This document shows positions 54,379 through 64,000 of a stretch of 64,000 nucleotides of DNA, piece after piece (position 1 is the first letter of the stretch; each line of letters begins with the position of its first letter). The notes beneath the pieces are model-generated. The model was given only the letters and a program-made list of their open reading frames with translations. It did not search any database and was not told the DNA's origin. Location of the stretch: the NCBI GenBank assembly GCA_003344405.1, contig NOWV01000003.1:744001-808000 (forward strand), given 5' to 3'. This DNA is from Trichoplax sp. H2 (Eukaryota). The translations under genes and the position numbers were made by a program.

Positions 54379-55056
54379 TATGGGATACTTGATATAATTG
54401 AGCAAATGCCTTACGTGCCGTATATAGCACAAAATTAGCTGTCCTTACCAGCAAAGAGAGGAAATACCTCATATTTCTTCTTACTCTAATAGCTTGTATT
54501 GTATTGCCTGTCACTAAGGCATATTAGGTGAGCAATTAAAGCTGCCAGTATCACTCGGTTTCATGTGATATAGTTATCGCCAAGATTGTATATTAGCAAA
54601 CAGCATTTTGTATTACGATTTTTCGAAGAATTGTCAAATGACCAAATTAATATCTTCGTTAAATTGAATTTGCACAATTAATAAAGATCCGTATTTAAAA
54701 TATATCTAAATTTTATGAGTTAAATCAGCAAAAATCGCTTGATCTTGTTAAGACAACAGATGTAAATTAAACAAAGCGATATAAATTAGCTGTAATTTAT
54801 ACATTCTGAGTATGATAATATACTGTGAAAGCGCAATGTTTCATATACGTACTTTTGTATATGTTCGTTTTAACATAGGAAAAGGCTATATCATAACGCG
54901 AGTCTTCTATTATGATCAGTCAGAATCGATACCATTGAACATCCACAGCAGTAACTTTACTATTAATAGATCAAGAAATAAGTTCTACTGTTGCTTTTGT
55001 ACTGCAGTAACACGAGATCACTTTAGTCATTTCGATGTCGATGTTATAATTCGCAG

Positions 55057-57568
<2,512 letters not shown>

Positions 57569-58429
57569 CATGCAAATTGAGTCACTAAATACAGTAATTT
57601 AAAATAAGGAACGAAGAACAAAAGTCCTTGCAGTGTAGATGTACTTTTAGATACTGTACTGTACTGTACCTCTAGGCGGGCCTCTACTGTACTGTACACA
57701 GGTCTAGTGTACTGTACAGTACTGTACGGTACAGTCGCAAATACACATCGTAAATATAGTACAGTACAGTACTGTACAGTATGACAACTATACTGTACAC
57801 TGTACAGTAGATCATACGAGTTCTTTATAGTTAATAATATCTCAGTTGAGAGAGGGGGTAACCAATGATTCAAACAACCTTCGCTATACTTTACTGTACT
57901 CGTACTGATATGGTCTTCTGTACAGTGTACAGTACAGAAGACCACAGGTTCTGTACTGAACCGTACAGTACATTTGTTCTGTGCAGTATTGTACGTCACA
58001 CCGGTCCCTAATGAGTATGACGTGGCCTGAAGCATAAGCGAATGACTAATGACGCATCGCATTATGGATGATCGTATGTTTAGTATTTTTACGGTCACCG
58101 TACAAGAGGTTTAGTATGTACTGTACTAAATATGNNNNNNNNNNNNNNNNNNNNCTTTCGCTCGCCATCATGCAAATTGAGTCACTAATTACAGTAATTT
58201 AAAATAAGGAACGAAGAACAAAAGTCCTTACAGTGTAGATGTACTTTTAGATACTGTACTGTACCTCTAGGCGGGCCTCTACTGTACTGTACTGTACAGT
58301 ACAGTACTGTACACAGGTCCAGTGTACTGTACTGTACGGTACAGTCGCAAATACACATCGTAAATATACAGTACTGTACTGTACAGTACAGTACTGTATG
58401 ACTACTATACTGTACACTGTACTGTAAGT

Positions 58430-58666
58430 TCAATATTTGCTAACGAGCTTTACTAACTGTTTTACATGGTACAGTATAGCTGCTAGATTCCAAATTTCTA
58501 CGACGGAATTAATTACATTTATTGCCGCTGCGTTATTTGTCAATTTGCTACCTCTATGTATATAAATAAAATTTCTAAGCACATCACCGTTTGTTGGTAA
58601 AAATTCTATCGGGTTACCAAGTAGCCATAGATCAGTTTTAGAGCGTAATTGCTGAACTGTAGCCAT
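58430..58666 (-). pseudogene. Truncated ORF resembling the N-terminus of invertebrate DNA-transposon-associated proteins
   Basis: RSKTDLWLLG..I..LPTNGDVLR.F.Y.H....V...W..A.I pattern recalled from such proteins, not verified by search; lies within the allele-specific 0.9 kb segment. Confidence 0.45.
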
Positions 58667-59155
58667 GTAAAATATTTTATAATTTATTTAACTGTTGTCA
58701 TGTAGCATGTACTTAATAATCCGCCAAAATACAGTACGCAAGATTCTATCGGGTGGCCAAGTAGCCATAGATCAGTTTTAGAGCGTAATTGCTGAACTGT
58801 AGCCATGTAAAATTTTTTATAATTTAACTGTTGTCATGTAGCATGTACGTAATAATCCGCCAAAGTACAGTACGCAAGATTCTATCGGGTGGCCAAGTAG
58901 CCATAGATCAGTTTTAGAGCGTAATTACTGAACTGTAGCCATGTAAAATATTTTATAATTTAACTGTTGTCATGTAGTATGTACGTAATAATCCTCTAAA
59001 GTACAGTACGCAAGATTCTATCGGGTGGCCAAGTAGCCATAGATCAGTTTTAGAGCGTAATTGCTAAACCGTAGCCATGTAAAATTAATTTTTTATTATA
59101 ATTTAACTGTTGTCATGTAGCATGTACGTAATAATCCCCCAAAATACAGTACGCA
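58603..59155. repeat. Tandem repeat, 4 copies of ~136-140 bp
   Basis: Units start attctatcggg at 58603, 58743, 58879 and 59015; near-identical. Confidence 0.95.
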
Positions 59156-60944
59156 TGTCCGATATCCCAAAACGAAAGAAATTGCGCTGGACAGTACGTG
59201 GCGCGTACAGTATTTCAGTCCGTCAAAAACAAACGGCCGAATTTAGAATATCTGTTGGACGTTGCGTCAATTCGCCTTGCGCGAGTACTAAAAGTGCGTA
59301 AATTGACAAAATTTTTCAATATTATCGGTGTGTAATAGTTAATAATATCTCAGTTGAGAGAGGGGGTAACCAATGATTTAAACAACCTTCGCTATACTGT
59401 ACTGTACTGTACTCGTATGGTCTTCTGTACAGTGTACAGTACAGAAGACCACAGGTTCTGTACTGAACCGTACAGTACTGTACGTCACACCGGTCCCTAA
59501 TGAGTATGACGTGGCCTGAAGCATAAGCGAATGACTAATGACGCATCGCATTATGGATGATCGTATGTTTAGTATTTTTACGGTCACCGTACAAGAGGTT
59601 TAGTATGTACTGTACTAAATATGATACTGAATCTATATACAGTACAGTACATTATGCACTTCTACAGTATCATACTGCACTGTACTGTCTCGCATGGCAA
59701 ATTCAGTTTAAATTTACCTCGCTAACGTCATTTTTCCCCAATTTTAGTTTCTGAATGGGCAGTACTGTATGTACTGTTCAGCACAGGAACTACTGTAGCA
59801 CCAGCCATGCTGTCACTTTAAGGCACTGTCTGTACAAATGCATTACAGTATCTGCCCAGTATAGTATTTTACTGTTATTTACATTTCGTTATCGTCAAGT
59901 TCAAGTTTCAATCAGCCACTCACCCTGTGCTACAGTGATCCGCCAGTTGGATTCTGTACTGTACTGTAGATATAGAATCAGTGAATAAATAAAATCTGAA
60001 GCAGACGATGATAAAATCGGACACCCACTTTTAATCGTAAAGTGTAAACAGTAAGTAGTTACTGCTTCATCAATCGTTTTCGGTGTAGTAAAATTCGTCA
60101 TAGCATCACCATATTTCATTTATCCAACTTCAATTACTTCATCCATCCTTGCTCCTATCAACAATCATCGATTGATTGATTGGATTGATCGTAACATCCA
60201 CCACCCGGTAGGTAACCTCGTTTTTGATATTAGAAAACGCACTAGCCAAACAAGGTAGTTGACTAAATTGACTGTGTCACGTATAGAATTTGAAACGTTA
60301 TACTGCATCAACGTCCACTGTGCAGCATGTTACAAATCGTGTACTAGACTTGGAGAATTTTCTAACCTATAAATATTGCTTAAGTTAGTCGTATGATAGA
60401 TTTCACTGTACAGGACATCGACTAGGTCTACTATTATTTTACTGGCAATCTCTGATGAGAATAAATTCGTCATCTTTGGGTTACGCTTGCTTTTAGATTA
60501 TAGTAGTCGTTCATCCTGAAAAAGATAACGGTGTTTAGTACTGGATTATGTAATGTACATTATACAGTCTACATTTAGGTTGATCATAGTCTTGTAATAT
60601 GGAATAAAAGAATGCTGCACGTAGAACTACTCTAGTTACTGTCCGTAGTTCTACATGTTCTATTGCGATCACACTAACATCACAAATGTGAAGATGAATA
60701 TTATATCAAATTGACTACCCCATTTTCCTTCTTGATTTATACACTGCCTATTAGTTAATGTGTCTTAAAACTATTTTATCCTTGATCTTTCAATCGATCA
60801 GTCCAATCCGATCGACGACACTATAGTCATTACAACGGAAAATTGCTACTTGTAGCTATCGACTTTCCTTTTCAACTTCCTACACTTGGCAACCACTGCT
60901 CTTCAACGTATAGACTTAACAGTTTGTCTCAGTAGTCTCACAAT

Positions 60945-60981
60945 ATGGTTAACGAAAGCCTCGAATCGAAGAAGAATAACG
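60945..60981 (+). CDS. Candidate first coding exon (MVNESLESKKNN) of a gene continuing downstream
   Basis: ATG followed by an open frame to a strong donor G|GTAAGA; lies downstream of the array at 59394-59968, divergent from ribokinase. No further exon identified. Confidence 0.3.
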
Positions 60982-63900
60982 GTAAGACTGAATATACTAG
61001 CATAGACCATTATTTGTAAAAGTTTCGCTATTTGATTGAAGATTTAATTTTGCTATTTGGATATTGCAAGTCATTTTAAATATCATCAGTGAATGTTAAC
61101 GTGTTGCATACTGCAATAAGGATGGAATATGAGTAATCCATTTCTAAATCTGATCTTTCTCTATTAATAAATTATTCATGTACGCGAAGTATACTTTCCT
61201 TAATTGCGAGCTTCGATTTTTACTGATTTACCTTGCTATATACTGTATAATTGCATATCATGACGATGAAGTAATACTGACGTAGAGAATATATTACTTT
61301 AACGTAAAACAAAGATATAAATACTATTTATGGTGCAGAAAATCGACTTTTGCTTCGATTAATCTCTCTACGATAGTAGTTCTATAATAACCGTAGATTG
61401 TTATCAGAGATCTATGCATATATATACAATACAGTATTTTGATGCTTAATCCTTTCATTAAATACATATTCATAGTACTGTATGTTATGTGTATAATACT
61501 GTATTTAAAAATCACACAAGTTGAATTCCTATTTTATGGACCGCACTTACCCTTTTTAAGTAAATTAAAAAGAATGAATTACGGTAACAGTCCCCTAAAT
61601 TAAGTATTTACGGCTAACACAATAATCCTGTATTTGCCCATCAGATTTAAAGAAACCACGATTATATCTAACATATAAATTATACTATTAATCAAATACT
61701 GTATAAATGACACAAAAATAGCTACTTACTTCCATGTTACAATGATTCTCGTATTCTTCTGAAAAAGATGAAGCAAATACAGTATTACTTGTGCATTACC
61801 GGCGTATATCTGGATTTTTATTTTTTGGGTTCCGACGAAACAGCTATTATTGTAATGTTTTATGATATTTTCGACTTTCACATTTTATGAATGCAATAGT
61901 GAGAACCAAAGTTTCAGTACTCTAACTAGAACAAACGGTATCGCAATACTGTATTGCTCATCGTTACACCCCTAAAAGTACATGCATAGCAGTGGTTAAT
62001 AACTCTAAAAATGCACCCTTGCGTGCAATTGTGCATCGTATGGAGATTTTCGAGAGAATACGTAGTCTAACATCTGAGAACTCCTTCTTTAATGTTGATA
62101 TTATTTCAAAATGGTAAACGAGAGTACACTCACTTATTATGTTCGCTGTTACTCCTTCAATTAATTACCAGGAACTTCTTACGTGCAAATTTCACAGTTG
62201 CGATTGAATTTCTTTCATCATCTAATCCGACCGTTAGTTATCTCTAATAATCTTCACATCAAATACTGCACAGTAGGTATCTGCGGTACTGTACGTGTAT
62301 AACGTCTGATTATAATTAGTGTTAATAAAGATTTAGCAGATTTAGCAGCATGGTGTGCTTATTGGTTGAATGATACTGTACTTTATTGCCATATTTTCTG
62401 TTATAGACCGTTATTATTAACATTAATCGGTTGACGCAAATCATTACAGATTGTCCTAACATATATTGTAGAACATACAGTATTATTTGAGTAATTACAA
62501 GTACTGAGTGTTCATTTTATTCATCATTATTTATTGATTCACGTATCAGATTATGATAATATCATGATACTCATTCTATACACGAGAACTAAAAATGATG
62601 TAACAATTGAACATTTGCAAATTTTGACTGGTAGTAGTTTTATAGCGCATTTGTTTTGAGTCGTACCACTACATCAATATCTGATTTTGAATGCTTTACC
62701 GTAGACTGTATACAAAGTTTGAGTTCTACTGTACTGTATTGTACAGTATATCGAAGCGCTTTGCAACCACTAATCTTTAATTTGAAATGACAATACGGTT
62801 CTAGTCAAGTTCGTAGGAACTGAAAATCCGTAAAGTGCTACAGAAATTGCCTTACCCTATTCAATGCATAGTACTGTATAGGACTCGTTTCTAATACGAT
62901 ATGAACCATCATCATTTTATTAAATATAATATATCACCCGTTGATACTATTAGAACCTTTGGCTTGCGTAAATTGCTTACTATTATACTCTAAGGTCTGT
63001 GTAACAGCGATTGATACATCTAAACAATACAAGAAAAGAATTCCAGCAGTAGTCTCCCATGGATCTATGTAATTACACAATATTAATTTGAGATATGATA
63101 ATTAAACCTGACTCGACATCGCTAATAATGAAGATCCAGCGCCTTTTACTCATACTGAATACGCCTGCTTAAGAAAGTGTTATATGTGTCCGATTTTAAA
63201 TACAGTAGATACTTAAAAAGCCTAAATAACAGCACCTTCTGTCAACTCCCGTGATGCGTCATTGATAAAGATAGTGATTGAAAATAACGATTTGTTAAAC
63301 TGCAGATTTATCAGTTTCCTAACTACAGGATAACTAGTAATAAATCCTATGTTTTACCACATAAATATCTATTGCATAGCATCAGTACACGTCAGACACT
63401 TGACTTTACAAATATTCCCTATATTTTAATCGATATTTAATTGCTTTCTCGTAATTTGAGAAATAATTCAATACTTTGTTAATATCAGGATAAATTACGT
63501 ATTATACTACGGTATTGTGTAAAAATTTATGTTATCCAATGAAAGTTTTGTTAATGGTCCTCAAGGATACGAAAGAGCATCGTGCTTAACGATTTAATTG
63601 TAGTCAAGGAATCGGAATGTTATTTATCTACCTTAAGTAATAACCTATAAAAATTACAGTACAGTAAGAATAAATAACAATAAAATTAAATCTAAAGTTT
63701 TATTGGAAAATTATTGATCCTAAAGAATGAGTAACACTATACGTAATAATTATATATAAATTATTCTAACCGTCTCATTTCGTGCCTGTTATGTGTACAA
63801 TATATTTAATTTTAACTCATCAAATTACTTTCTGTTCGACGAATTCACTAAATCTATCGTACAGTGTAGATATCAACCTAATAAAAATAAAAATATGAAA

Positions 63901-64000
63901 TTGAAGACGCTACAGTTATCTAAGACGTGCAATAATAAATTTTCTCCCTTTCGATCATAAATATTGCGATCAATCTATAGCATCTAATGATTAGAAAACT

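Noticed and set aside
58155..58170. Second ribokinase gene start (duplicate ATG)
   Set aside because: Only the first few codons, abutting an N gap; best explained as the alternative haplotype.
58603..59155. Regular repeats as a CRISPR array
   Set aside because: Whole units are near-identical with no unique spacers, there are no cas genes, and the context is eukaryotic.
60618..60657. Palindrome cacgtagaactac...gtagttctacatg resembling the P-like remnants
   Set aside because: No flanking target duplication visible and the arm sequence differs.

Overview
AT-rich, compact, intron-rich animal genomic DNA; short introns and gene style suggest a placozoan (Trichoplax-like), which is inference. Eleven protein-coding genes can be assembled: MLH3(+), glycogen phosphorylase(-), mRPS5(-)/COX16(+), an intronless Delilah-like bHLH(-) with a ~13 kb gene-free upstream region, ACTR10(-)/CEBPZ(+), a C16orf89-like gene(-) paired with an unrecognised 3-exon gene(+), TMED10(-)/mRPL33(+), and ribokinase(-). 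Two 20-N gaps are flanked by duplicated sequence that looks like alternative haplotypes. The main unexplained structure is dense arrays of TA-(CAG|CTG)-TA units in mixed orientation upstream of most housekeeping genes. Paired copies differ by exact 5-nt CAGTA/CTGTA insertions at TA, the known excision footprint of Tc1/mariner elements with CAG ends. Two 36-40 bp palindromes with 7-bp target duplications resemble P-element excision remnants. The promoters may therefore hold an accumulated record of cut-and-paste transposition. Also noted: an intron-split start codon in mRPL33, a probable heterozygous LTR insertion, and gene neighbourhoods matching human 2p/14q.
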